Positions 39,062 through 52,292 of a DNA stretch of 64,000 bases are shown piece after piece. Every line of letters begins with the position of its first letter. The first letter of the stretch is position 1. This DNA is from Nymphaea colorata. Lineage: Eukaryota. Below the pieces are notes generated by a model that saw nothing but the letters and a program-made list of their open reading frames with translations, did not search any database and was not told where the DNA came from. The stretch is taken from the NCBI RefSeq assembly GCF_008831285.2, contig NC_045138.2, positions 3,100,001 through 3,164,000 of the forward strand. The letters are read 5' to 3'. The position numbers were made by a program, and so were the translations under genes.

Positions 39062-40772
39062 ACTCTAATTAACTAGAGTTACCCAGCCATCTATCATTCA
39101 TCTAGAACAGATAAATGAATGAGAAAAAGTTAAAGAGAGTGCAGATTAGATGATTATGTGACTTTAAAAAGTTAAAGTCACCATTCAGTTGTTCATATAT
39201 ATATATATGTATATATATATATAAAGGGAGAGAGGGAGAGAAGGAAAGAGATTATATGAGATAACCATTGGAAAAGAAGACATAGCAAAAACATTCTTAA
39301 TGTGAACCTTTTTCATTTGTTAGTTAATTGAAACAAATTCAAGCTTAATTGGGTTTACATTGCTTCTTCAAAAGTTGAGCTTGTTTTCATATAATTTTTA
39401 CCTTAATATATTCATTTATGGAATCAAAAAAATTCTAAAATATGTGTTCATACTTTTGAACCTGAAATAAATTTTCTTTAGCTCTTTTTCTTTGTGCTTT
39501 GGTGACACATTTTTGCACTCAATATGCATGAGTCACTGTCAGCTGCTTTACAGTGACTGCAACCAAACCTACCATTTAAGCTACACTCCTCTTTTCACCT
39601 CTGTCCTACCCACTAGTCCCCAAATTGGAGGCAGTGTTGGGTATGTAGTGACAAACTTACTAGAGGACATTCATGCACTAAAGAACTTGGAATGTCCTTA
39701 ATTTATCTTTTTTTTTTTTGTGACAATAATTTTTTTTAATTGCTAGACCCACTTCATGGGCCTGCTCTTTCTATGTCAAGAACAATGCGGCCAAGCCTTA
39801 CAAGGACAACACCATATGAAAAGCGCAAGGCTGCAGTACACCCCTCTCTTTTTGTCTAATGCTGAATCGACGATCTATGTATATAAAACGAAAAAATTAA
39901 CCCCGGCCAGTACATATAACTCAGGAATATGTAATTGATTCATACGCAGCATCTCTATATCTTATGAAAGGTTCCACCTAAAGTTAGGGGCTTTGATCCC
40001 TTTTTTTAAGGTGGTGGGTTGTTAACATCTCTCGATTCAGTCTAAATAATGAACATCAAAGTTCTCAAGAACCATGCAAGAAGAACATTGTGTTCTTAGA
40101 ACATAGGTTTGTTTTAGGAGTCTTGCTCTTATTATAAGCAACATTTCTTTCCCGATTATAGCTATTGTTTTATGTTCGTTAATTAAGTGTTAAACATAAT
40201 TGCATAATAGTTTTTGAATAAAAAACACCGAGTTTTTGAAATATCTACTTTAAAAGGTCATTTGGCAGCAGAGATACTAGAACTAAAGATCTATAAATCT
40301 TGCCTAATTTTTATGACGGATTCCTGAAGCACTCATAAAGTGTCCTTACTGCCAAACAACCCTTAAAAAAAATACATACTAAGAAGACAGATGTGCTTCG
40401 CTTTTGGAGGCATTTGAATGACATCAAATCCCCAACACCATGATCCAAAACTATATGATATGACATTTTAAATTTCTGTCTCTATCTTTCTTCCGTTTCT
40501 CTCTAATTAAGTTTTAAAAATACCAAGCTTTCAATGCTTTCAGAGGTCGCCTTAAAAATTTTTGAAGGACATTCAGCAAGAAGAACATTGCGTTCCCAAA
40601 ACATATGTTTATGTTAAGAGTGTCGTGCTCTTATTATAAGCAACTTTTCCCGTTTATGGCTACTGTTCTTATATCCAGTAATTTATGTATTAAACATAAT
40701 TATAAAATATTTTTTCAAGCAAGAACATGAAGTTTTTGAAACATATACTTTAAGAGATCATTTGGCAGTAGA

Positions 40773-40937
40773 CAAGGTCGGAGCCAAGAATTTTTTGTCG
40801 CAGGGACCAAATTATAATTTCAAAATTTTAATAGGGGCCGAAATAGAAATTTTCAAATTATATATATATATTAAACTATTTTTTAAATTTACATATAATT
40901 TTTTTAAATTTTTAACCCCCTCTTCCCTCCACCCCTG
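40773..40937. mobile_element. hAT-like MITE family E
   Basis: CAAGGTCGGAGCC...CTCCACCCCTG; TSD GCAGTAGA/ATAGTAGA; the empty site is visible in the paralogous segment at about 40261. Confidence 0.8.
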
Positions 40938-41314
40938 ATAGTAGAGATCCTCTGTGAATGTCTCATAAATCTGCTGTAGAGATTAGAGTAAATTTATGAA
41001 ACACTATAATTAATGTTTTGAATATCGTTCAATCGTTCAATCTTTGTGACAGATTAAGTGCATAGGTGTGTTTCTTATCAAACACTCCTTTCTAAGGTGT
41101 TTGAATGACATCAAACTAGGTTTATTACTGATTGTGCCACTCTGTTGGTAGTGGTGGTGGGGATCCTTTGTCGTCCACAAATTGACATCATCCACATTGA
41201 CAAGGCACCAGTCAAGGTAGTTATGAAAGGGGAACTAAAAAAAGGAGGACATTGTTTCTAGGAAAAAGTTCACCGGAAACATTTTTGAAGCCAATAAACC
41301 ATCCTGGTAATTTT

Positions 41315-41502
41315 GAGGGGTGGAGCCACGATTTTTTTGAGGGGTGGGCCGACAGTCCAATCTCTATATTCAGGTAAGGCCAAATTGAATTCAAATCCAA
41401 AAAATACATGGTGCAATTAAAAAGTTTTTTTTTTTAATGTAATTTTTTTTTCATTGGTCAGGTGAGACCATGGCCTAGGCGGCCCCCCTCCCTTCGCCCC
41501 TG
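41315..41502. mobile_element. hAT-like MITE family E
   Basis: GAGGGGTGGAGCC...CTTCGCCCCTG with perfect 8-bp TSD GTAATTTT; similar to 5015-5197. Confidence 0.85.
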
Positions 41503-44500
41503 GTAATTTTCTTTACCAGCAATTAATTTTTTTTTTTCGGATATGGTAATTTCTTGGAGCACAATAAAATTGAGGTAAAAATTTACAAACAAGGAAAGAA
41601 AGGATAAAATTAGATCTCAGAGCTGAGGCAGGTGTAGACGACGTGTATGGGTGATTGCTTACATAAAACTTAAAAAACTTTTTATTTTTTATATTGATAT
41701 TTTTTGGATAATTTTTTCATTTATATTTTGATACCCATTTGAACATTTAAAAATTTTAGACCTAGCGCCTTTTTTTAGTTTTGAGCGATGGAAAAAAAAA
41801 TTGGTAAAAATCGAACACTTAGGTTTTGCTAAAAAATTATTTTAAATAAAATATAAACATCTTAATATATTTATAAAGCTATTTTTATATAAAACAGTAA
41901 GTTGTTTTTATGAATAGTATTTGATTTGTCTATTATCAAAATTGATCCTGCAAGAGCTATTCATTTTCGCTTATTATAAAAACACTAGTGAAATAAAAAA
42001 GAAAAATTAACTTAAATAAATATTTTGCACCAACCTATTCTTACAATTATATATGTATACATCTTTTCCACGGAGGAAAAGGAGTGATGCCATTTATTGC
42101 GAGGAATCTCATGAGCCACGCCTGAATCATCCCAGCCCTTCATGTTTAAAGAAAACAGAAAGTAAAACGAGGTGAAAGGAGACCTGCACGTGAAGGAGAG
42201 CGAGAAATCCAAGGGTTAGAGAGGGAGAGAAGGTGGGCGGTGGTGGTGGTGGCGCCCACAGGGTGGCGGAGGAAGATAATGGTGGTGGCGAGAATGGAGA
42301 AGCCCGACAGCGCAATCGTAAAGTGAAATGAATGAGGAGATTCTGCATGCATCCCATCCCCATACACACACAGAACTCACTCCTCAGCTCTTCTGCTCAC
42401 CATGGGCCACAGACTCTCTCTCTCTCTACAGAAGGAAAGTTTGAAGCGCTTTTCAGATTCGAGAGAGATCTGGTGCATGCTGGGAAATAAAGGAGGAGGA
42501 GATGAGGCCCACCCTACTGCCGGCAGCTATCCGGCCAGATTTCTTCATAAATTCTGGCCCGACCGACATGCTCGGTCGGGTTCTATGTTGCCAATGGGGT
42601 CCAACTCTACGCTCCCTTTCGACCCATCCCTTTTGGCTTAGGCCCCTATCTCCTCCTTAATATCCTCTTCTTTACATATATATATATATATATATATATC
42701 CTAATAGGATCTGCTCGGTAGTTATGTCACACGGACTCTTAAGAAAAAAAGAGCCGTAGCCGTATCGACACGATGCTGGTGATGGTGCAGCTCCGACATA
42801 CACCCAAACCACATTCTTTCTTATGCAAGTTCAAAAATTTTTTTTATTTTTTTTCTTCTCCCTGTCTCTTTCTTTTTTTATGTATAAGATAAAAGTTAAA
42901 AGTCTTTCTTTTAAGTATAGTAATAAAAGTAAAAAAATAAAAAAAAAGAATAGATTAAGCTATATATTATATATATACACCTTCGCCGCATCCTCATACC
43001 CAAATTTTTTTGAGATACATCACACCAGCACTGACACCTCATGACACAGCTCGATAGGCAGCTCATTGGCAACTGAGAGCCGCTCCATCTGCTTAATTGA
43101 GCTGCTGAGTGTGCAAAATGGACGGAGCTCCTACTCCACATCCATGGCTTACCACTTTCTTCTACAACTCATCTCTGCCACCCAGGATAAATTTTGCATG
43201 TTTGGTTCATCAATCTAAACAAAGTCCAAACCTGAACTTAAAATCTAAGGGTTTTTCTAAACAGTTCCTTTCACTTATTTTTGAAATTTTTCGTGTATCA
43301 TGGAACCATCCTTCTTTTCCCTTGGTGTCAGCGTAGCCACAACTGCCTACACTAGCCTCTCAAAATTAGTTTAATAATATATGTTAATGTTTTGATATAA
43401 TTGATTGTTATACATTTAAGTACCACAAAGAAATTAATGATATTGAATGAGTGTCCCCACCAAAAAAAATTTCTGGCTCTGCTGGTGCTTGGTGTTCGAG
43501 CAGTCTTGTGCACTTCACCTCTTTTTTTGGTACACTGAAAATTCAAAAATCCAAGATATGGTGCTTGCTTTGGAGAGTTTGGTCATGTTCTTTCTAGTGG
43601 CATACTATGTTGAGAAATAATGTTTTCTTTAAAGGATAGAGGTATGACTTTGAAGTATTACTTTTCAATTTTCTGGTGGACGTCACCTCCACCACTATTA
43701 TGACTTTTTGGCACCCTGATCTTATCTCTAATTTTTTGCATCATTTGTGCCTCTAATTTGTTGTATGTTTTACATGCATTGCTTTTTGATGCATGGTCCT
43801 GATCCCACCTCAATTTTTTTTAGAAAAATTTACATATAAATTTTAAAAAAAATCACTTGTTTTATATAAAAATTTTAAAAAGTGATATTTTGGCCCTAGT
43901 AAAAATTTAGAAACTTTAATTCAGCCCTCTTCATAAAAAATGTCTGGCTCCATCCCTACTTCGATGTATTTCATTAGAATGAATTTGTTTTCATATCTCT
44001 ATCTCTCTTTGGCCTTGTTGCCCTCTCCTTTAGTGGTGGAGATAGAAAAATTGGCTAAAAGGTCACTTGTTTAAAGGCCTAGTGTGGGCAACTGCCCATG
44101 CCAGCCCACATGTGGCGATGCCACTGCTCTCGCTCCCTTTTTCCTTTATGTCTCCGCAGAAACAATTGCCCTTCCTCTCATCAGAGCCGTAAGGAGGGGG
44201 ACAGATGTCTTCTCACAGACATGCCGGGCAAGAGAAGGAAGGTCGATCAGGGACGGAAAGCATGAAAGAAAGCACAAGTAAAAAAAACATGAAAAGTGGG
44301 CCGACCGATCAGCAGCTGCTAGTCTGCAATAGGACTCTAGATAACTGTTGGATGGCAAACATTTGAATATTAATTTGTAAAAGAACCACAATTGTCGCTA
44401 AAGCCATTTTAAACTATTGTCACATTATAAACCATCATTAATGCCATTATGGTGACTATTTCTTACTACAAAATTTTAAATAGTAGCCATACAGCAACAT

Positions 44501-45861
44501 TCAACATGTGACATGATTGGATCTTCCTATATATATGCATATATGGAAGAAATGAATTCAGACTCGTCTTTTTTTTTTATACATGAGTGAAGGATGACTC
44601 TAGTTATCTAGAGTTATCCAGTCACTTAACCAAGGCTGTCCATCTAAAGCAGATGGATAGTTGTGAAAACAACAATAAATAAAAATATGTAAATTAATAT
44701 TAGATGACGAAAATGTTTATATCCTTATTATTCTTATTTTTCTCTTAACTGTCATCGTATTGGATCAGACGGTGCAGAATGGATGGATGACGAAAATGTT
44801 CATCTCCTTCTTTTTGCTATGTCAGCAAAAATATGTCACATATTTCAAACCTGAAATAATCAAATGCCCCCTAAGAATATTGTGCTTGATGGCCACATAT
44901 ACCAAATCCATGGCTAATTAGAAATATCTTTTATATGTAGTCATCAGTGAACAACCATTATATTTCATGCCTTTGGCAAGAATGAGGATTTCATGGATTC
45001 AAAATTAGGCCACCCTTTTAACCTTAAATTCATGGTTTTTAACATATAGTATGGATTTAAAATCGATACTATTGAGATCCTCTGAAAACACAACTTTTTA
45101 TGCAGCCGTAGATGTAAGATCTGAGGCTATCAAATGCAACCTTAGGAAAACCCAAATTGTGAATGGCAGATTGAAGTTGATTTTAATAACACTACATATA
45201 TTGTGCTTGTGGAATCATTCCTAGATGGAACAGTAAGTTTGAATGTCAGGCTTCACCGTGTCATTCCACCATATCCATCAACTAAGATGACCAACTCGAG
45301 GCAGCAAAAAGATGGGTACACCCATTGGTTGGTCGCAACTGCACATGTATCATACGCAAGTTGTTGCGGTACATTTGAGTGTTAACTTTGGGTGAGCAGG
45401 GTTTTCCACAGCACAGTAGAAAGTTCAAGCCTCCACTCGACCCCTCATTCATCTATGGTAGATGGTATGCTTTCGGTGTTTTTGGGTGTCGTGCCGCACA
45501 AAAGATTGATGCTCATGAAATTTGAAATGGAGATGATAGATTGCCTAGCAGCCCTCACCCCAACCATTGTGCGAACCCCTTCGAAGATAATTTGAGCATT
45601 ACGCTGACTTTAAATATGGCCGAACCAAGACCCAAGTGGTCAAAGAAAGTAGTTTATGCAATACCTCACTAGACAAAGTGTAGTTAGTTGGGTTAGAAAG
45701 GCCATGGTAAAGATTCATTTAGTGTTATAAAACGATTATGCTCAAAATAGAAACCAGGCTAGGTATATTTCTATATTAGAACAGCTGCTATAACAACTAC
45801 ACATAAAGTGATGTTATAGTAACGGTTCACACATTTTTTCCCTTATTTGTTTAGGTCTACC

Positions 45862-45915
<54 letters not shown>

Positions 45916-46644
45916 GTGGAGTATATTTTAATTAGAATTGTTTTACTGAAAGTTCTTGATTATTTTCACAGTTAAAATTTTGTGCTATAAGAGCTGTTAA
46001 TTTTTAATGGTTAGAAGAAAACATGTTTAACCTTAAATGTTTTGAAGAAAGAGATAGAGAAATTGGTACAAACCAAACAGTTAAGTCAGGAAGGAACAAA
46101 AACCAAACTCTTTAATTTTTTGTAAAAAAAAATATATCTTAAATAAAATATGTACATCCTTATATACTTAAGGAAATTATTTTGGTATAAAACATGTTTT
46201 GATTCAAGTTATTTTTAAGAAAAGTGTAGTTTTTTCTATTATCAAAATATTGATCTTATGGGAGCCATTCTCTTTTTCTTTTATAAAGACACTATTAAAG
46301 TCCAGAATTGGTCAATTTAGTATATACTATATGTTTTACATCAAATAATTCTAAAATCTTATCGGGAAAGTTAGACTAAAAAAAAACTTTAAACATCATA
46401 TTTAAAACATTTGGTTTTTTTTCAGACCTAATTTGATGTCTACCAATTTTCATATATATATATATATATATATATAATGGACATCTCATAATGGGTTCTA
46501 TTTCATACTGAGAGAGAGAGAGAGAGAGAGAGAATTTACTTTTTCTCTTTACATGTATATATAGAAAATGAGTTCAATCAATCCCAAAATGACAAAAAAA
46601 ACCCTCTTATCAAATCCAAATTGGCAGCGCCATTGGTCTTCACC

Positions 46645-46822
46645 AGAGATCCAAATCAGGAAGCGAGTCACGGAATGGCAGCTGATCCTCTGAGATGACG
46701 TTCCACATGACAGTGATTTGATGTTGATGATGCTGATCAGGAGTGCATGTGATCTGACTCTTATACAGAATCCCGAGCCAATGCTTCCCTACATCCAAAT
46801 GGATCCACACCCAGATCCAATC
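46645..46822. promoter_or_regulatory. Cluster of type-B ARR core motifs (RGATY) upstream of the type-A response regulator
   Basis: About 6 RGATY sites (AGATCC, TGATCCT, TGATCT, GAATCC, GGATCC, AGATCC; both strands) in about 180 bp, 0.9-1.1 kb upstream of the ATG. Confidence 0.4.
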
Positions 46823-47733
46823 AGGCTCCTCCAAGTATCAGTTAACGTTAACTAAAATTACTTCTTGGCACAAGTGCTGGGTCATGGACGGATCATCCAG
46901 ACGGGTAGAGAATTTCACATTCTTTTATATATATATATATATATATAAAAGAAAGGAACTGACTAAAACTAGTTTTTCGTATTTAAAATAAAAGTAATGT
47001 GAAATAAAACATCACTATGTTCTAAATTAATAAATTTTAGATTGAATTGCTGATTTGAGAGCTGAAACGCAACGGACGATCTGTTCAACAGGGTACCGGA
47101 CAAAGAGTTTAGACCGCAGTTTATAGGCTACGAATCCGGCCGGCAGCAGGCCGTGCCCAATTTTCCGGCGTAGTTCTATGGACCAGACACAAGTGAGTCA
47201 GGCAAGATCAGTGAAGTCAAAGACCAGGGCTACTCTGAGTTGACTGAAGCTAGGCAGAACGAGAGGGCATTGCTGCCATTCCATAACTGGGAAGTCCATG
47301 TCAACCTCCTGCAGATCTTGCAATATCCAGCATGTGGGGACATCTTTCTCTCTCTTCATATTACAGAACAAAGTCAGGGATATTATAATCTCCTCCTCTT
47401 TCAGGGATATTATAACCTTTCTCTATCTCTCATTCTCTCTCTTTCTTTCTGCATTAATTTAAGTCAAATTGCGCTCTGCTCTACAAATGCATGTTTCTCT
47501 TCCAATGTCTCATATCTCAAGAAAGAGAAAGAGAGAGAGAAGCAAAATGGGGAGGACGAGGAGAGAGAGAGAAAGGAGGAGGGCTACTCTATGAGGAAAA
47601 GGAGGGGAGGGAATATTTAATGGATGTACATCAAACTGCGTGGTTCTGCTGTGGTTGTAGTATAGGACGGAAAGCAAGGGAAACCGGGGGAAGGGAGGTC
47701 AGGTGGGGAAGGAGGAGTGAGGACAGAGCAGCC

Positions 47734-50269
47734 ATGACTGACAGCACGCTGTCGCCACCTTGCCTTCATGTCTTGGCCGTTGATGACTGCCTCATTGACC
47801 GGAAAATTGTCGAGAAGATCCTCAAATCCGGCGGACTCTTCAAGGGTACGCTTAATCTCTAACGTCCTTGACGCCCTGTTGCTAGAACTCGTCATTTCCT
47901 TATGTGGGTGTCTCTTTGTCTCCCTTTTCAATTCTTGATTTTATGGTGGTGAAGAAAATCTGCGTGTTCTGTTCTTCTTTATTTTGCTGTTTGGTTTTTT
48001 TGGTGTTCCTTTTCTTCTTGTCTTACGTTAAGCTCTTCACAGTGGTCTGAAGTTAGGCATCGATTGGTTCTGCTTCTTTCACAGAGTAAATCTAAATCCG
48101 CTTTTGCTCCTTTTCTTGTTGTTTCAGTTCTGGTTTCACTGGTAATATGAGGGAAATGCGAGGTTTGGCCTTTGTGGGGTCTCTGTTGTCCACCTTTCCG
48201 ATTCATTTGTGTTTCGTTCTTAGCCCTTTTCCTCTCGTTTCTGTGTTGGTTTCTAAGGGTTATACGAATGAAAGTTAAGTTTGGGCTTTATGGCTTTTCT
48301 GTTTCCCATAATTTAGAGTTGTCGTCGTTGTTCCTTTTCTTTCTTCTGGGTGTCGGTTTCTATAACTGCAAAATAAGAAAATCTGGCCTCGTTTGTCCTG
48401 TTTTCCCTTTCCCTGGCCATGTGAAGATGCACTTTCCTTTCTTCTCCTCTTTCTTTATGCTGAGGCTGGCCTTTAAATGGTTAAGATACTCTTCCGTGAA
48501 ATCATTTCTTTCTATAATAGCGAATATAAAAAGTACATGCAGTATGAGGTTTTTCACATGCACTCTTCGTCTGAACTGGAGTTCTGGTCAAGTTTTTCTG
48601 TTTTTTATTTGTATTTTTCAATTTTACTTCTTGATTCTAATGGTAACAGATGGCTGTTTGTTTTTTAAGGACCATAAAATGTTTTCCTCGGCTCTCTCCA
48701 GAAAACGCTGTTCTACGAAACTGTTTTGAGAGTTTCATTGGTGCCTCCTGAGTGGGGGTCTTATTTCTTATGGGGTTATGCTGGAACCTGCGTTTGCTCC
48801 AGATTCATCACCTAATATTTTTCACAATCTGCCAGTTTCTTATTTTTCATTTGTTTTCTGTTCGTTTGAGGTTCATCTTATTGGCTTTTTCTTTTTCTTT
48901 TTCTTTTTCTTTTTCTTTAGTGTGTTTCATTTTCTTTTTGTCCTTTTTATTTTAACCATGTCTGTATGTACCCTTATTTATTTATCTCCTCTGGATGTGG
49001 AGAATGCCTGCAGGTTCATTTCTGGCGTTTCATCCTTCTGTACTGCTCTAATTTGCCCTTCTTTTTTCAGTCACTTCTGTTGATAGCGCCAAGAAGGCCA
49101 TGGAAGTTCTTGGTTTGAATGAGGAAGTCGACGGCCCAACTAATACTAGTGTAAATACATTCATTCTCTTCCTATATTAGTTGCCTCTCTTCCTGTTAGT
49201 TGCTGTCTCAACTATTATGGAGTCTTCGAATAAAGCTTATTACCTGTATTATTGGTACTCTTTCTACAAACTACTTGAAGGTTGACTGGTGTTCAATGTT
49301 TTACCGTGTTCGAAAGACCTATGTTTTACTGCCATTTTGGTCCTTCCGTAGCTGATCTTCATGGGTATCTCTAATATGTTCTTTCAGATAAACTCCAACG
49401 TGACCAGTGTGGTACCAATGAAATTATGTGAGAAATTTTATCTGTTTCCATGTAACAAGTTTGGAAGTCCTCACCTCTGAGCCACTGTTGAACTTTAATA
49501 ATCAGCCATGGCAGCTGTACTATGCGTCTTATTCTTTTCATGAGATGTCAGTGTGTACCATTTACTGCTGATGACAGGACTCTGTCTACTGATTTAAAAT
49601 ATCTACAAAGATGGAAGTGGAACCATCATGTACCAGGAGCATTCATTTGCCAAAAAATTGATTGTTTGATTTTGTAAATTCATTTTTGTAACTCGTATAT
49701 TAATTTTCTTTCTTCTTATTTTGTAGGATAATCAAATCGATATCATCCTCACCGACTACTGTATGCCTGAAATGACCGGCTACGATCTTCTGAAGATGGT
49801 TAAGGTGATATGGCTTTTGGAAATTTTCCTGTTCTCCGATATTTGGAATTAGTTTCTTCTTTTATTTTCAGCCTGACTTTTTTGTCTTGTTCGAAATCTC
49901 AGGAACACAGTCGGCTGAAATCAATTCCTGTGGTTATAATGTCATCTGAGAACGAGCCTCAGAGGATTAAGAGGTAACTGTTCGACAAATTTGGAATAAG
50001 ATAACTAGAAGTACCATCAACTCTTGAGCTTGTGTTCAGGGCTGAAAGAATCTGCTTCATGTTGTTCTGCATTTAGGTGCCTGTCAGAAGGAGCTGAAGA
50101 CTTCATCCTCAAGCCTCTTCAACTAGCACATGTCAACAAACTGAGAAGCTATGCAAGACCTGCAACTTCAACAGCGAAGGCCACCAAGAAGAGAAAGCTA
50201 CCCCCGGATATATTACCTGAAAATGAAACAGAGAGACGACCACGCCTTACAGGCGTAGCCGTTGCCTGA
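47734..50269 (+). CDS. Type-A two-component response regulator (cytokinin signalling, receiver domain only; 177 aa, 5 exons)
   Basis: Exons 47734-47845, 49071-49150, 49727-49804, 49903-49973, 50077-50269 splice in frame. Receiver D-D-K motifs: HVLAVDD, TDYCMPEMTGYDLL, IPVVIMSSEN, GAEDFILKP. Short basic C-tail (KKRK) and no GARP domain. An in-frame upstream ATG at 47620 could add 38 aa. Confidence 0.94.
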
Positions 50270-51281
50270 AGCACTTTGTCTTGGTCCTGCACCACCCTGC
50301 CTTCTCTCTAACTAAACACTAGGCTACCTCCAGTATCCCTCAACTGCTTCCACTCTATTTCTATGGAAGAAGGGATTTTGTTTTAGGCATCATTGGTTTC
50401 CTGTTGTGTGTATTTATCTCGGTGTATGTGGAGTGTAATATTGGGGGATTGAGCTTCCATCTTTTTTAGCCTTTCTTTTCTTTTCTTTCCTTTTTTTTTC
50501 CTTTGTTCTCTGCGTACATGTAATTGTATTTTGCATTATGAAAATTAATCACTGAGCTCTCTCCTGATCATGGGAAAGTGGAAGCAAGTTTCACTCTGTG
50601 AGTGCGTTTTTGGTTCTCCAAAGCATGGCTGCTAAATATTCCAAGTGCAACTCTTCCATTGTAGGAAAAGTGCTTCTCAGTTTCTTCTTTAACCAGATTC
50701 TCTCTCTCAGTTCCACTAATGGCACATCTGTCACTTTCTCTGCAAGCCTCCGCTTCTGTAATTTCTTCACTTTCATTTTGCTTCTGTTTTCTCGTATCAA
50801 TACATTTAGGCACTGTGTGGGCACTTGCCCATACAGACCAACAAAAAATGATTATTTTTATATCGATATTTTAGTTTTGCATCTTGGTGCTTGTTAAAAA
50901 TTTAAAAATTTTTATAACTACTGTTCCTTACCAAGAATTTTCTGACTCCACCACATAGAAAGCATGAGTGGTAGGTCATCATAAAAGACAAGAAGTTGCT
51001 TCCAATGCAAGTGACTCCTATGGGCAGAAAAGTTTCCACAATTATGGTACCTAAAGCCTAAGGTGTTCCCGCATGTGCATGCAGATTCTGTCAGCACAGT
51101 GAAGGTGCAGATCCAACGCACTGTGTTATCATCATCACCATGATTTACTTTTTTTAACATGTAATCAATGTTTCGAGCTTAATAGCTTCTCACTGCTGAT
51201 TCCCTGGCGCTGCTCTCCCTTTTTTCACAAACTTGGACCCCTCTTTTGTTCATTTTCTCTTGTCAACGTTTGGGGCCAAAA

Positions 51282-51315
<34 letters not shown>

Positions 51316-51427
51316 ATGTGATCCATCCAATACCAGTTGCAAATGGTGCCACTTGTTTATTGCCTTTGGTTGAAACAGTTGGAGATGGAAAGTGGGGAGA
51401 TATGAGAAAGGTGGAGTGTATACCCTG

Positions 51428-51538
51428 TGTCCAAAATCTCCATGGCAGCCAACCCCCATCCTTTCAAAGCTAAGAAAGATACTGTCCAAAATCTCCATAG
51501 CAGCCAACCCCCATCCTTTCAAAGCTAAGAAAGATACT
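51428..51538. repeat. Near-perfect 55-bp tandem duplication
   Basis: TGTCCAAAATCTCCAT(G/A)GCAGCCAACCCCCATCCTTTCAAAGCTAAGAAAGATAC twice. Confidence 0.93.
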
Positions 51539-52244
51539 CTCTCTCTCTCTCTCTCTTCTCTACCCATTAAAGGAAGTTGGCAATGGCGAATGACATTGAA
51601 ACCAAGAAAACTTGTTTAGGTTTGGGACGCCAAGAACCTGCATGAGAATGAGACCCCATTAACTCTGTACCCCCTGAAAAGGATAGAGCCAGAAATTTCT
51701 GGTTAAGAGGCACTAACAATAAACTTTAAATTTTTAAAGAGCATCAACATGTAAATTAGAAAAATTTCCCTAAAGTCTCGATATAAAATTATGTTTTTTT
51801 TTAATGGCTTAGTGTGGGCAATTGCCCGCACCTGCCTTCGCCCTCTTAACTCTTTGACTTCCAACGTTATAAGAAGCAAATAAGTATTGGATCCCCTCAC
51901 TCCCCTCTGTGCCTTTTTCCTTCTTGCCATCACAGAGCTCAATTATTACCACTCTAATTTTAACTCCTATTTTCCTACCAATTATATGTGACTGGGTTTA
52001 GGCGCTGAAGTTGAAATAGAGATAAGCTGTTCGAGTAAAAACTGTAGCTGTCAGGGTTTCATTTTATTTGGGTGATGAAATCACTGCATGAAGATGCTCA
52101 AGACCCTTCCCGCCGTTACTCAAACAAGGAAGGTGCAGTGACTTTAGCATGGAAATCAATGGAATTTTGCTCCCACAGAAAGCCCTGATGCGGAGCCCAT
52201 AATGTTTGGTTATTTTGTAAAACAATAATTTTTGTAATTCAATT

Positions 52245-52292
<48 letters not shown>

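Noticed and set aside
48172..49083. 185-aa and 101-aa Phe-rich ORFs
   Set aside because: They lie almost entirely in T-rich intron 1 of the response regulator; compositional artefacts.
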